A stretch of DNA of 64,000 nt, taken from assembly GCA_944332225.1 (NCBI GenBank), contig CALVJO010000001.1:46566-110565 (forward strand), read 5' to 3'. Position 1 is the stretch's first letter. The number at the start of each line of letters is the position of its first letter. Position numbers and translations under genes: made by a program. Positions 17,265-26,776 of this stretch are shown here, piece after piece. The notes beneath the pieces were generated by a model. It did not search any database, was not told where the DNA came from, and saw only the letters and a program-made list of their open reading frames with translations. This DNA comes from an uncultured Bacilli bacterium (GTDB lineage Bacteria; Bacillota_I; Bacilli_A; RFN20; CAG-449).

Positions 17265-17500
17265 GATATAATTTTAGAATTAGAAAAGATGAATACATTG
17301 ATGATTATGTTGTCGATATGAAATGCCTTAATTGTGATTATGAAGAAAATATCCCTTTGGATATTCTTTCATCATTCTTTGATCCTTCTGTTGATGAAAA
17401 TCCTGCCTTAACTTGCCCTCATTGTGACCAAGATTTATTCGTCCCTAAAGATATCTATGACCAAATTAAAGGTAATTTCGTGTATAAAGTAGATAAATAA
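17261..17500 (+). CDS. small Cys4 zinc-ribbon protein (79 aa), hypothetical
   Basis: It has CLNCDYE...CPHCDQ (CxxC...CxxC). A strong RBS AGAGGAGG precedes it. Together with the upstream mini-ORF it begins with MRY. Confidence 0.5.
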   Translation: MRYNFRIRKDEYIDDYVVDMKCLNCDYEENIPLDILSSFFDPSVDENPALTCPHCDQDLFVPKDIYDQIKGNFVYKVDK

Positions 17501-17523
17501 TCTTCTTTAATCTCATTTTTTTC

Positions 17524-17573
17524 TTTTTTTGTCACTTTCGTCTTCAAATACAATTTCCTAGACAAATCAAAAA
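17524..17573 (+). repeat. Copy A of a 50-bp intergenic repeat; inverted partner at 34959-35008
   Basis: tttttttgtcactttcgtcttcaaataCaatttcctagacaaaTcaaaaa is the reverse complement of 34959-35008 at 48/50 positions. Its termini are themselves inverted (ttttttgtc...gacaaa.caaaaa). Confidence 0.7.
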
Positions 17574-17598
17574 GCTAGGCCTGACACCTAGCTTTTTA
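17568..17598. terminator. bidirectional rho-independent terminator between convergent genes
   Basis: aaaaAGCTAGGcctgacaCCTAGCTtttt forms a 7-bp stem extended by A/T runs on both sides. It lies between the + gene ending at 17500 and jag (-) ending at 17612. Confidence 0.6.
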
Positions 17599-17611
17599 AC
17601 TACTAATAATA

Positions 17612-18196
17612 TTAATCAATATACTTAATGTGAAGACGTCTAGATTCTCCCATACCTTCTGATTCAGTCTTGATATGAGGCATTCCATTTAAGGCATTAT
17701 GGATAACTCTTCTTTCATCAGGAGTGAGATAGTCTAATGTCGCTTCGGTTTTATTCTTTTGAACCTCATGCGCGGTTTTTCTTGCAAGTCTAATCACTCG
17801 ATCATATTTCTCTGTTTTGTAGTTTCCAACATCGATTAAGATTCGATATTTTTTCTTGTAATAAGATGAGACAGCGATTTTAGTGAGCTCATTTAAAGCT
17901 TGTAATGATTTTCCATTTTTACCGATTAAAATCGCATTTCTATCAGATTCGACTCTTAATTTAATAACCCCTTCATTTAAAGTAGGAACAACTTTGTTAT
18001 CAAACCCTAAAGCTTCGATTCCATCGTGAAGATATTTTTGAGCAAAAGCGATGACATCCATGATGGTGAATACTTCAATTTCCACCTCATCTTCAGTCTC
18101 TTTTTTTAAGATGTACTCAATCTCTTCTTCCGAGCAAAATTCTTGCTCCGCGGCATTTTTAATTGCCTCTTGTAATGTTTTACCTTGATATAACAT
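17612..18196 (-). CDS. jag: Jag/KhpB RNA-binding protein (KH + R3H domains)
   Basis: It has the KH motif ILIGKNGKSLQALNEL and the C-terminal R3H motif DERRVIHNALNGMPHIKTESEG. It sits in the conserved position next to yidC, with GGAGGG RBS. Confidence 0.85.
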   Translation of the reverse strand: MLYQGKTLQEAIKNAAEQEFCSEEEIEYILKKETEDEVEIEVFTIMDVIAFAQKYLHDGIEALGFDNKVVPTLNEGVIKLRVESDRNAILIGKNGKSLQALNELTKIAVSSYYKKKYRILIDVGNYKTEKYDRVIRLARKTAHEVQKNKTEATLDYLTPDERRVIHNALNGMPHIKTESEGMGESRRLHIKYID

Positions 18197-18204
18197 AAAC
18201 CCTC

Positions 18205-19638
18205 CTATTTGGTTTTATACTTGATGTACTCCCCTTTACTCTTCTTTGAATGGTTAGCTACGATTAATTGAACAATTAATGATTGACCTAAAGTGATTAA
18301 AGCAGAGATGGTCCAATAAATAGCCATAGCTACAGGTAAGAAGAATCCTGAGAATAAAATCATACAGAACATGACGATTTGCATGATCCTCGCGGTTTTT
18401 TGTTGAGTATCTTGCATTGAAGTGTTCTTGTTATTTTTGTTCATCATTTTTCTTCTTCTCTTTTGAATCATTTGAGGAATGAACATGCTTATAAATTGGC
18501 AAAGAGCCATGATGATGAAGATCACTAAGGCGCAGGCAGAGGACGAACCTTGCCAATTGATAATTGAATTACCAGTTCCCGCGGATAAAGAAAGACCAAA
18601 TAATGATCCATCGCGGAGAATAGCTGAACCTGACATCGCTCCCCAAACTGGGATGAAGATAATGAATTGAAGAATTAATACAATAAACATTCCAAATGGA
18701 TTGATTTTGTATTTTTTGTATAAATTCATCTGAGCTTGGGCTAAAGCTTGCTGCTCATATTGATTTTCCTTCGCGTGAGGATATTTTCTTTGTAACGCCT
18801 CAAGTTCTGGGGCTAATTCTTGCATTCTAGTTTGAGAAATTGTTTGCTTTAAAGTTAAAAGCATCAATAAACCTCTGACAATTAAAGTAACAAAGAAGAT
18901 GGAAAGTATGATTCCTCCAACACCTAAAGATTGCATACCTATAGCAAAATAATAAAGCATCGCGGAGATTGGCCATACTAATAATCCTTCAAGCAATCCA
19001 TATCGGAAAGCTTCTCCCCAAGATTTACCTTCTAATTTTAATCCATCAAACACTCCATCAACTGGGGTGATACACGCGGTTATTGAATTAGCGTAAGTGT
19101 TAAATTGAGTCTCTAAAGTTGTAAAGAAATAATTTGTTCCGATCTGCTCTAAAGTTAGACCGTGATCGACAGCTTCTTTTCTAAACATTCTATAGTTTGA
19201 CCAAATATCATTAAGTGATGTTGATCCTTCTTTTGCATATTTAGTTAAAGCGTATTCGTCCGATTGAACAAATGCTTTATTGATGTCAGCATTCGTGGTT
19301 AATTCTTCAACCGTCATCGTTCCAAATGTTTTAGTTTGCTCAACATCATTAACAACATAAGTTAATTCTTCAGTTGAATAATACTCGATGACAATACTCG
19401 CGACTCTTTCTTCAACATAGGTGAAATATTCATCGCTTGGGGCAAAATACGATTCATTTTCATTAACCGTATCGATAATAACCTCAAGATTAGTTTTGCC
19501 TTCATCGTTAGTTGCCGTTTCAAAATTAACCATCATGTGAGCTTTATCTTGAACGGTACAAAAGCTATTAGTACATCCTGCTAGAACTAGAATTCCTCCT
19601 AGTAAAGCCACGAACTTCCATTTAGTTTTCCTTTTCAC
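18205..19638 (-). CDS. yidC: membrane protein insertase YidC/SpoIIIJ with an N-terminal lipoprotein signal and an unusually long extracytoplasmic domain
   Basis: The C-terminal core (LAQAQMNLYKKYKINPFGMFIVLILQFIIFIPVW) matches the YidC/Oxa1 family. The N-terminus MKRKTKWKFVALLGGILVLAGC is a lipobox. A GTG start at 19638 is preferred (GGAGGA 7 nt upstream) over the TTG at 19653. Confidence 0.85.
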   Translation of the reverse strand: MKRKTKWKFVALLGGILVLAGCTNSFCTVQDKAHMMVNFETATNDEGKTNLEVIIDTVNENESYFAPSDEYFTYVEERVASIVIEYYSTEELTYVVNDVEQTKTFGTMTVEELTTNADINKAFVQSDEYALTKYAKEGSTSLNDIWSNYRMFRKEAVDHGLTLEQIGTNYFFTTLETQFNTYANSITACITPVDGVFDGLKLEGKSWGEAFRYGLLEGLLVWPISAMLYYFAIGMQSLGVGGIILSIFFVTLIVRGLLMLLTLKQTISQTRMQELAPELEALQRKYPHAKENQYEQQALAQAQMNLYKKYKINPFGMFIVLILQFIIFIPVWGAMSGSAILRDGSLFGLSLSAGTGNSIINWQGSSSACALVIFIIMALCQFISMFIPQMIQKRRRKMMNKNNKNTSMQDTQQKTARIMQIVMFCMILFSGFFLPVAMAIYWTISALITLGQSLIVQLIVANHSKKSKGEYIKYKTK

Positions 19639-19975
19639 AGGCTTTTCCTCCAATTTTTTCTATTAAATGAGTTAGCTGGATTTTGTTTTGAGCGTAATTT
19701 TGAGAAACAAATCCTTTTCTAACAATAATCACGTAATCTAAGATTTTTAGATTTCCGTCAGATAATATTTCTCTAACCATCGCGCGAACTTGCCTTCTGA
19801 TCTTAACTCTCAATACCGCGATTCCTAGTTTTTTAGGTGTTGATATTCCAAACCGCGGGTGATCTAGCTCGTTCGATGAATAATAGACAACAAAGCTTTG
19901 GTTAGATTCTCTTTTTTGGGAAGAAATAATTTTTTGGAAGTCTTGCTCTTTTTTTACTCTTAACTCCTTTTTCAT
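19622..19975 (-). CDS. rnpA: ribonuclease P protein component
   Basis: 117 aa, basic. It reads RVKKEQDFQKI...RFGISTPKK...AVLRVKIRRQVRAMVRE and lies immediately downstream of rpmH. RBS GGAGGAAAA is present. Confidence 0.85.
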   Translation of the reverse strand: MKKELRVKKEQDFQKIISSQKRESNQSFVVYYSSNELDHPRFGISTPKKLGIAVLRVKIRRQVRAMVREILSDGNLKILDYVIIVRKGFVSQNYAQNKIQLTHLIEKIGGKACEKEN

Positions 19976-19990
19976 TTTTCCTCCGTTTTA

Positions 19991-20022
19991 ATTTTAAAAA
20001 ACCACTAAAGCGTTAGTGGTTC
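19991..20022 (-). terminator. hairpin plus U-run between rpmH and rnpA (partial terminator or attenuator)
   Basis: On the minus strand the sequence is AACCACTAAcgctTTAGTGGTTtttt, a 9-bp stem with a T-run. Confidence 0.5.
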
Positions 20023-20044
20023 ATACAAGTAAATTTAAGCAGAT

Positions 20045-20179
20045 AAGACTTTTCTACCTTTCAATCTTCTTCTCGCTAACACCTTACGTCCATTTGGGGT
20101 AGCCATTCTAGCTCTAAACCCACAGGTGTTTTGGTGTTTTCTTTTACTTGGTTGATACGTTCTTTTCATAATACACCTC
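20045..20179 (-). CDS. rpmH: 50S ribosomal protein L34
   Basis: It is not in the ORF track because it is only 44 aa. It translates to [54 protein letters not shown] precedes it. Confidence 0.9.
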
Positions 20180-20214
20180 CGAAATTTGTCTATATACAAG
20201 TGAGATTATAGATA

Positions 20215-20243
20215 TATATAATATTCAAGTCAAACAAAATAAC
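20215..20243 (-). promoter_or_regulatory. sigma-A promoter of the rpmH operon
   Basis: On the minus strand: TTGACT, a 17-nt spacer, then TATAAT. It lies about 35 nt upstream of the rpmH ATG. Confidence 0.55.
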
Positions 20244-20379
20244 TTGATAAACGAAATTTTATACTAGCTAATTTAAATGAATATTTTAGGTTAATTTTTC
20301 TAAGTTATGCACCAATTTAATTAAATGAATAACTTTTAAAATTAATTCACTTATATGTCAACAAAATTTTGTTAATTTT

Positions 20380-20640
20380 TTTATCAACATTAATCAATGT
20401 TAATTGTTGAAAACTATAATTTAGATGTGGAAAACTTTAAAAAATGACTTATTTATGATGTTTTTTATCAACATAACATTAATGAATGTGGAAACTTATT
20501 CACACTTTCCACGTTGATAGTTTTCAACAAATGTATCCACATTTTATCAACAAGTAAAATTGTGGATAAGTCAAAAAACATCTTATTTAAAGCATTTTTT
20601 GGACTTTGAGTTATCAACGTTAAAAAAATCTAAATTCTTG
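20380..20640. other. oriC: oriC upstream part: DnaA-box cluster and AT-rich region between rpmH and dnaA
   Basis: Perfect DnaA box TGTGGATAA at 20561-20569. GTATCCACA at 20533-20541 and TTATTCACA at 20496-20504 each match at 8/9. TGTGGAAAA at 20426-20434, TGTGGAAAC at 20487-20495 and multiple TTATCAACA boxes (20381, 20465, 20544, 20611) are present in both orientations. AT-rich tracts lie between them. Confidence 0.75.
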
Positions 20641-20695
20641 ATAATATTTTTCTTTGTTTGTGTGCTATTATTTATTGCACCTATAGGAGGAGATT

Positions 20696-22078
20696 ATGGT
20701 AATCGCTAAACAGAATTCAAATTGGAAAAAAACTCTTCAGTTGCTATCCACGAAAATTGACAATCATACTTTTGAAAGCTTTTTTGAAGATTTAACTTTA
20801 TCATCGATGGATGATAATCAAGCTACTTTAATCGTGCCTTCTCCTTTAGCCAAGCAATTTTTCTCTTTAAAAAGCGATACCTCATCGATGTTATTAAATG
20901 CGATCAATCAAGTTTTTGATAGTCATTTAAAAAAGATTTCTTTTCTGACTAACGAAGAGAGTAACGCTTTAAAGAAATCAGTTGAAACCAATGTTAGACC
21001 TAGAGAAAATTCTAATGTCAAAACTACTTTTTTCTCTAATTGTAAGATTAATAAAAATTATACTTTTGATAACTTCGTCGTTGGAGAATGTAATAGAGAA
21101 GCGGTTCGCGCGTCTTTATTAGTAGCTAATAATCCTGCGACTGCCTATAATCCATTGTTTATCTATTCTAAATCAGGATTAGGAAAGACACATTTATTGC
21201 ATGCGATAGCTAATTATTATCTTGAAAAACATCCTAAAGCTAATGTTTTATACATCACCACGGATGCTTTTATCGATGAATTTGTAAAATATTGTAAAGG
21301 TAATCAAGAAGATATCTCCATGAGAGAATTCTTCCAAGATGTTGATTTACTATTAGTCGATGATATTCAATTTTTATCGGATAAAACTAAAACCGCGGAG
21401 ATGTTTTTCTATATATTTTCATCTTTAATTAACAATGGTAGACAAATCGTTTTAACTTCTGATCGTCAACCTTCTGATTTAAGAGGTCTTGAAGAAAGAT
21501 TAGTCTCTCGTTTCTATATGGGATTAACCGTTAAGATGAACACACCTACAACTGATACATTAATTGAAATATTAAATAGAAAAATTATATATCGTGGATT
21601 AGATATTAAATTATTTGATCAAGATGGACTAGCCTTCATGGCTGAAAAATTTTCTCATAACGTTAGAGAGTTAGAGGGAGCTTTAAATAGATTATTATTT
21701 GCCTTATCTTCTAATGAGAATAAATATATTTCTTTAGATGATGTTAAAGACACCTTCTCTTTCTTAAAAGGAATTCAAGATTCTAAAAAGAAAGTAAATG
21801 AAGATGATATAATCTCTGTCGTTGGAGAATATTATCACTTCGATAATGAATCTATCAAATCAAAAGACCGTCGCGCGCAGGTAGCTATCGCTAGACGGGT
21901 TAGCATGTATCTTTGCCGGGCGATGCTATCTTCTTCCTTCACGGAAATCGGTAAAATATTTAAACGAGATCACTCAACCGTAATAACGGCGGTGAAAAAA
22001 GTGGAAAAAGAGATAAAAATCAACAATGAAATGTTGAATGCTGTTAATGATTTAAAGAAGCGAATTAAAGCTTTATAA
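20696..22078 (+). CDS. dnaA: chromosomal replication initiator protein DnaA
   Basis: It has the AAA+ Walker A motif GLGKTHLLHAIAN, the DDIQFL motif, and the C-terminal DnaA-box binding domain (AIARRVSMYLCR...). RBS AGGAGGAG is present. Confidence 0.95.
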   Translation: MVIAKQNSNWKKTLQLLSTKIDNHTFESFFEDLTLSSMDDNQATLIVPSPLAKQFFSLKSDTSSMLLNAINQVFDSHLKKISFLTNEESNALKKSVETNVRPRENSNVKTTFFSNCKINKNYTFDNFVVGECNREAVRASLLVANNPATAYNPLFIYSKSGLGKTHLLHAIANYYLEKHPKANVLYITTDAFIDEFVKYCKGNQEDISMREFFQDVDLLLVDDIQFLSDKTKTAEMFFYIFSSLINNGRQIVLTSDRQPSDLRGLEERLVSRFYMGLTVKMNTPTTDTLIEILNRKIIYRGLDIKLFDQDGLAFMAEKFSHNVRELEGALNRLLFALSSNENKYISLDDVKDTFSFLKGIQDSKKKVNEDDIISVVGEYYHFDNESIKSKDRRAQVAIARRVSMYLCRAMLSSSFTEIGKIFKRDHSTVITAVKKVEKEIKINNEMLNAVNDLKKRIKAL

Positions 22079-22135
22079 GCCTTAAATATGGTATTTTTTG
22101 CAAAAAAGTGTAGACTAAATAAGGATGAAACAAAC

Positions 22136-22195
22136 TTATCCACATTATCCACAGCCCTTATTATTACTAAATATAAAAAAATAAAATAAGAATAA
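22136..22195. promoter_or_regulatory. oriC: oriC downstream part: two tandem perfect DnaA boxes plus an AT-rich putative unwinding element between dnaA and dnaN
   Basis: TTATCCACA lies at 22136-22144 and again at 22146-22154. It is followed by ttattattactaaatataaaaaaataaaataagaataa. The bipartite origin arrangement resembles B. subtilis. Confidence 0.7.
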
Positions 22196-22210
22196 CTTAA
22201 AGGAGACAAA

Positions 22211-23347
22211 ATGAAATTCACAATCGATCGTCAAAAATTTTTAAAACTTTTAACCCAGGTAGGAGTAGCTATTGAACCCAAATCTCCTTATCCAGTTTAT
22301 CTAACTTATTCATTAACCTTAGATGATGAAGGATTAACTGTTATGGGAACTAATGGTTCATTAATCATTAAAGCTTTCACTCCTTATAAAAAAGGAGAAA
22401 CCTTAATAATCACAGATTACGATCAAGGTAAAGCTTTAGTCCAAGCTAAATATCTTCTAGAGATTGCTAAAAAGTTAGAGAGCCAAACTATCTCCTTAGA
22501 AGTAATCGATAATGTCATCGTTGATGTTTCTGACTCATCATCAAAGTTTAGATTAAAGGGAATGGATCCTTCTTCATATCCATCATTTGATTTATCTTTA
22601 AGCGGACAAAATATCACTTTAGAGGCTAACACTTTTAAAAATATTATTTCTCAAACAGCTTTTGCTGCCGCGAATGGAACCGTCAGCGGAGTTACTAAAC
22701 AATATCTTTACGGATTAAATATCGCCTGCAACGGACACACATTATCGTTCATGGCCGCGGATAACACTAGAATCGCTAAAAAGACTATTGAGATTGCTGA
22801 AGATTGTAATTTCTCAGTTATTTTACCAGTTAAAGCAGTTAATGAAATATCTAAGATGATCGATGGAGGAGATATCACCATCAGCATTTTAGAAAAGGCG
22901 GTAATTTTCTCTTATCAAGATGTAGTTTTATACACAAGATTAATCTCAGGAGAATATGAGCTTAATAAGAGATCTTGGAACATCACTCCTAAATATGTCT
23001 TACAAGCTCCAACTGAAACATTAATCTCTGCGATTCAAAAAGCAACCTTGCTTGCAGTTGATACTGAAAACCTAGTTATGTTAGTCGTATCAGATAAAGA
23101 ATGCCGTTTCTCGTCTTCATCTTCTCAAGTAGGCTCCGCGGATATAACTATCGATAATTATCGTTATAAAGGCGATTACTTTGAAATATATATAAACAGT
23201 CAATTAGTTATCGATGCTTTAAGAGCCTGTCAAGGTGAGGAAGCGGTCTTAACTTTCGCTTCTGAAAATAGCATCTTCAAAATCGAAAATCCAAAGGATC
23301 CAAATTTAACTTTATTAACGATCCCTGCGATTCCAAACTTCAATTAA
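22211..23347 (+). CDS. dnaN: DNA polymerase III beta sliding clamp
   Basis: 378 aa, beginning MKFTIDRQKFLKLL... It sits in the canonical position after dnaA. RBS AAAGGAG is present. Confidence 0.95.
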   Translation: MKFTIDRQKFLKLLTQVGVAIEPKSPYPVYLTYSLTLDDEGLTVMGTNGSLIIKAFTPYKKGETLIITDYDQGKALVQAKYLLEIAKKLESQTISLEVIDNVIVDVSDSSSKFRLKGMDPSSYPSFDLSLSGQNITLEANTFKNIISQTAFAAANGTVSGVTKQYLYGLNIACNGHTLSFMAADNTRIAKKTIEIAEDCNFSVILPVKAVNEISKMIDGGDITISILEKAVIFSYQDVVLYTRLISGEYELNKRSWNITPKYVLQAPTETLISAIQKATLLAVDTENLVMLVVSDKECRFSSSSSQVGSADITIDNYRYKGDYFEIYINSQLVIDALRACQGEEAVLTFASENSIFKIENPKDPNLTLLTIPAIPNFN

Positions 23348-23353
23348 AATTCT

Positions 23354-23378
23354 AAAGCCGTGAAAACGGCTTTTTTTA
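23354..23378 (+). terminator. rho-independent terminator after dnaN
   Basis: AAAGCCGtgaaaaCGGCTTTtttttt. Confidence 0.55.
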
Positions 23379-23527
23379 ACGCTTAATCAAAAGAAATAAA
23401 TAATTAGAGTTTATATATTACTCTTTTAAAAACGAGGCTTAAATGGCGTTTTTGCGTCAAATAATTCTTTTTTATTTATATAAATAAATAAAAGTGTTAT
23501 TATTTTGATGTTGAGGACAAAGTTTGT

Positions 23528-23746
23528 ATGAAAGAATTTAAAATCATCCAAGAACCATTGCTTCTTCAAAATTTTTTAAAGTTGACTGATTATATTCAAA
23601 CCGGAGGTCAATCAAAAATTTTCCTTCAAGAAAATGAAGTCTTAGTCAACAACGAAAAAGAAACTAGAAGAGGAAGAAAACTTTATAACCAAGATAAAGT
23701 TATCGTCAATCAAGAAGAATGGATCATTAAATTAGATGTGGGTTAA
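23528..23746 (+). CDS. yaaA: S4-domain RNA-binding protein YaaA
   Basis: 72 aa. The sequence LQNFLKLTDYIQTGGQSKIFLQENEVLVNNEKETRRGRKLY matches B. subtilis YaaA. It sits in the conserved position between dnaN and recF. Confidence 0.8.
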   Translation: MKEFKIIQEPLLLQNFLKLTDYIQTGGQSKIFLQENEVLVNNEKETRRGRKLYNQDKVIVNQEEWIIKLDVG

Positions 23747-24782
23747 AGAGTTAAAGTTAATCAACTTCCGTAACTACTCTAATTTAGAAATTGGCTTTTC
23801 AAAAGGTATTAATTATATCCACGGAGATAATGGAAGCGGAAAGACAAGTCTAGTTGAGGCTATTTCATTGCTTTTAAACGGTAAATCTTTTCTAGCATCA
23901 AATGATATCGAGATGATTAAGCTTGATGAGGAGTATTCCTTTGTGAAGATAAAGTTAGATAACGATGAAGTATTTTCTTTCTATCTAACTAAGCAAGGAA
24001 AAGAGCTATCCATCGATCAAGAAAAGATTAAAACCTTATCTTCAATAGGAGGTAGATATAAATTAATCACCTTCCTTCCTAAGGAAATTGAACAGTTTAA
24101 GATTTCTCCTGAAGCAAGAAGAAAGTTTGTAGATCAAGGAATTACCTTACTTGATAAACAGTATCTTTCTAAATTAATGAGATATCGAGCAATTTTAAAG
24201 AATATTAAAGATTCTTATAAGAACTCATTTTCTAAGGAATATATCGATGTCTTATTAACTAAATTGGTAGATGAAGGAATATCAATAAGTCGTGAAAGAG
24301 AAAAGTTTATCTTTAGAATCAATCAAGAATTAGAAAGCATCAATAAGTTTCTAACGAAGGATAAAGATATTAAACTAACCTATTTAAAAGATATCGAGAT
24401 TAAGAGTAAAGAAGAATATCTTAACGAGATAAAAAATACAATGTCCTATCAAGAAGGTAGATTAACCATAAAAGGAATTCATCACGATGATATAGAAATA
24501 TATTACGGAGGTCTAAAAGTTAAAGAATACGGCTCACAAGGTCAAAATAGAACCTCTTTCATCGGAATAAAATTAGCCTTAGCGTCACTTATAAAAAAAG
24601 TATGCAATATAGACCCAATCATGATTCTTGATGATGTTCTTTCTGAATTAGACCAAGTTCAACAAGAAAAATTACTATCTACTTTAAAAAACTATCAACA
24701 AACATTTATAACTTCAGTCACAAAAATCCAAGGTGAAGTAAATAATTATCTAATAGAAGAAAATCAAATACGAGGAGGATAA
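23736..24782 (+). CDS. recF: DNA replication and repair protein RecF
   Basis: It begins MWVKELKLINFRNY and has the Walker A motif HGDNGSGKTSLVEA and an ABC-type signature near the C-terminus. It overlaps the yaaA end by 11 nt. Confidence 0.9.
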   Translation: MWVKELKLINFRNYSNLEIGFSKGINYIHGDNGSGKTSLVEAISLLLNGKSFLASNDIEMIKLDEEYSFVKIKLDNDEVFSFYLTKQGKELSIDQEKIKTLSSIGGRYKLITFLPKEIEQFKISPEARRKFVDQGITLLDKQYLSKLMRYRAILKNIKDSYKNSFSKEYIDVLLTKLVDEGISISREREKFIFRINQELESINKFLTKDKDIKLTYLKDIEIKSKEEYLNEIKNTMSYQEGRLTIKGIHHDDIEIYYGGLKVKEYGSQGQNRTSFIGIKLALASLIKKVCNIDPIMILDDVLSELDQVQQEKLLSTLKNYQQTFITSVTKIQGEVNNYLIEENQIRGG

Positions 24783-24785
24783 CAA

Positions 24786-26768
24786 ATGGATAATGAAACT
24801 CTAGAACAAGAAAAAGGAAATTTAATCCCCAAAGAAGAAAAATCTCCAAGCAAATACACCGGAGATGATATTCAAGTATTAGAAGGACTAGAGGCAGTTA
24901 GAAAAAGACCTGGAATGTACATTGGTTCAACTTCGTCAACTGGTCTTCATCACTGCGTTTGGGAAATTATCGATAACGCGATCGATGAAGCTTTAGCCGG
25001 CTACTGCGACACGATTCACGTCACCATCAACGAAGGTAACACGATAACCGTCACCGATAATGGTAGAGGTATTCCAGTTGATATCGTTTCTAAATCTGGT
25101 AAGTCAGGGGTAGAAACCGTTTATACGATTCTTCACGCAGGTGGAAAATTCTCTAATTCTATTTATAAAGTATCCGGAGGACTTCACGGTGTTGGAGCCT
25201 CGGTAGTTAACGCTTTATCAGAATGGCTTGAGGTAACTGTCCATAAAGATGGAGGAATCTATTATATTAGATTCGAAAACGGAGGACATACCGTTGAACC
25301 TTTAAAGAGAATCGGAGATTGTTCAGATTCAGGAACGATCGTTACCTTTAAACCTGATGGAACTGTTTTTACAGAAACTACCGAATTTGACTATGGAACG
25401 ATTCGCGATAGAGTTCGCCAAATGGCTTTCTTAAATAAAGGAGTTAGAATCATAGTCTCTGATAATCGAGGAAGCGAAGAAAATCATCAAAGAGAAGAAT
25501 TCTGCTATGAAGGCGGAGTTAAAGAGTATGTCACTTATTTAAATCGTAATAAGGAAACTGAAGAAAACCCTTATGAAGTAGTTTACTGCGAAGGAGTTCA
25601 AGACGATATCACCGTAGAAATCGCGATGCAATACAATGATTCCTACACATCGATGATCTACTCTTTCTGTAACAACATTAACACCGGAGATGGAGGAACT
25701 CACGAAGAAGGATTTAGAATGGCCTTAACAAGAGTTATGAATAAATACGCGCGGGCTAATAAATTCTTAAAAGAGAATGATGAATCCTTAACTCAAGATG
25801 ATGTTAAAGAAGGTTTAACAGCGATTATTTCAATTAAGCATCCAAATCCTCAATATGAAGGTCAAACCAAGGGTAAATTAGGAAACTCTGAAGTTAGAGC
25901 AATCGTATCTAATTTATTCGGAGAGCAACTTGAAAGATATTTAAATGAGAATCCTCGTCAAGCTAAGGCAATAATGGGAAAAGTTACTTTAGCGGCAAAC
26001 GCGAGAATCGCCGCGAGAAAAGCTCGTGAGACGACGAGAAAGTCAGGTCTTGGAATATCATCATTACCAGGCAAATTATTCGATTGCCAATCTAAAGAAG
26101 TGGAAAAATGCGAATTATACATCGTTGAGGGTAACTCAGCAGGAGGCTCCGCGAAGAATGGTAGAGATCGTAAATATCAAGCGGTATTACCTTTAAGAGG
26201 TAAGATCTTAAATGTTGAGAAAGCTCAATTGAAGAGAATATTCGCTAACGCGGAGATTGGAAATATGATCCTCGCTATCGGAGGAGGATATGGAAACGAT
26301 TTTGATGTTTCTAAAATTAGATATCACAAGATTGTTATCATGACCGATGCTGATGTTGATGGTTCTCATATTAGAATCTTATTATTAACTTTCTTCTATC
26401 GTTTTATGAAACCTTTAATCGAGCAAGGATATGTCTATATCGCTCAACCTCCTCTATATAAAGCAAGTAGAGGTAATAAAGATTATTATTGCTATAATGA
26501 CGAGCAATTAGCGGTCTTAAGAGAAAAATTAGGACCTGTAGCTAGCAAGTTATTAAAGATTCAAAGATATAAAGGTCTAGGTGAAATGAACGCAGAGCAA
26601 CTATGGGAAACTACCATGGATCCTGAAAAACGTAAGATGCTCAGAGTGACTATCGATGATGCGATGGAAGCTGATAAGATCTTTGATGAGTTGATGGGTG
26701 AAGATGTCCTTTGCCGTAAGGAATTCATTAAAGAAAACGCGAAATTCGTCAATAACTTAGATATTTAG
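24786..26768 (+). CDS. gyrB: DNA gyrase subunit B
   Basis: It has GHKL ATPase motifs ([17 protein letters not shown]), the Toprim motif ([13 protein letters not shown]) and the [11 protein letters not shown] motif. 660 aa. Confidence 0.97.
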   Translation: MDNETLEQEKGNLIPKEEKSPSKYTGDDIQVLEGLEAVRKRPGMYIGSTSSTGLHHCVWEIIDNAIDEALAGYCDTIHVTINEGNTITVTDNGRGIPVDIVSKSGKSGVETVYTILHAGGKFSNSIYKVSGGLHGVGASVVNALSEWLEVTVHKDGGIYYIRFENGGHTVEPLKRIGDCSDSGTIVTFKPDGTVFTETTEFDYGTIRDRVRQMAFLNKGVRIIVSDNRGSEENHQREEFCYEGGVKEYVTYLNRNKETEENPYEVVYCEGVQDDITVEIAMQYNDSYTSMIYSFCNNINTGDGGTHEEGFRMALTRVMNKYARANKFLKENDESLTQDDVKEGLTAIISIKHPNPQYEGQTKGKLGNSEVRAIVSNLFGEQLERYLNENPRQAKAIMGKVTLAANARIAARKARETTRKSGLGISSLPGKLFDCQSKEVEKCELYIVEGNSAGGSAKNGRDRKYQAVLPLRGKILNVEKAQLKRIFANAEIGNMILAIGGGYGNDFDVSKIRYHKIVIMTDADVDGSHIRILLLTFFYRFMKPLIEQGYVYIAQPPLYKASRGNKDYYCYNDEQLAVLREKLGPVASKLLKIQRYKGLGEMNAEQLWETTMDPEKRKMLRVTIDDAMEADKIFDELMGEDVLCRKEFIKENAKFVNNLDI

Positions 26769-26776
26769 GAGGAACT

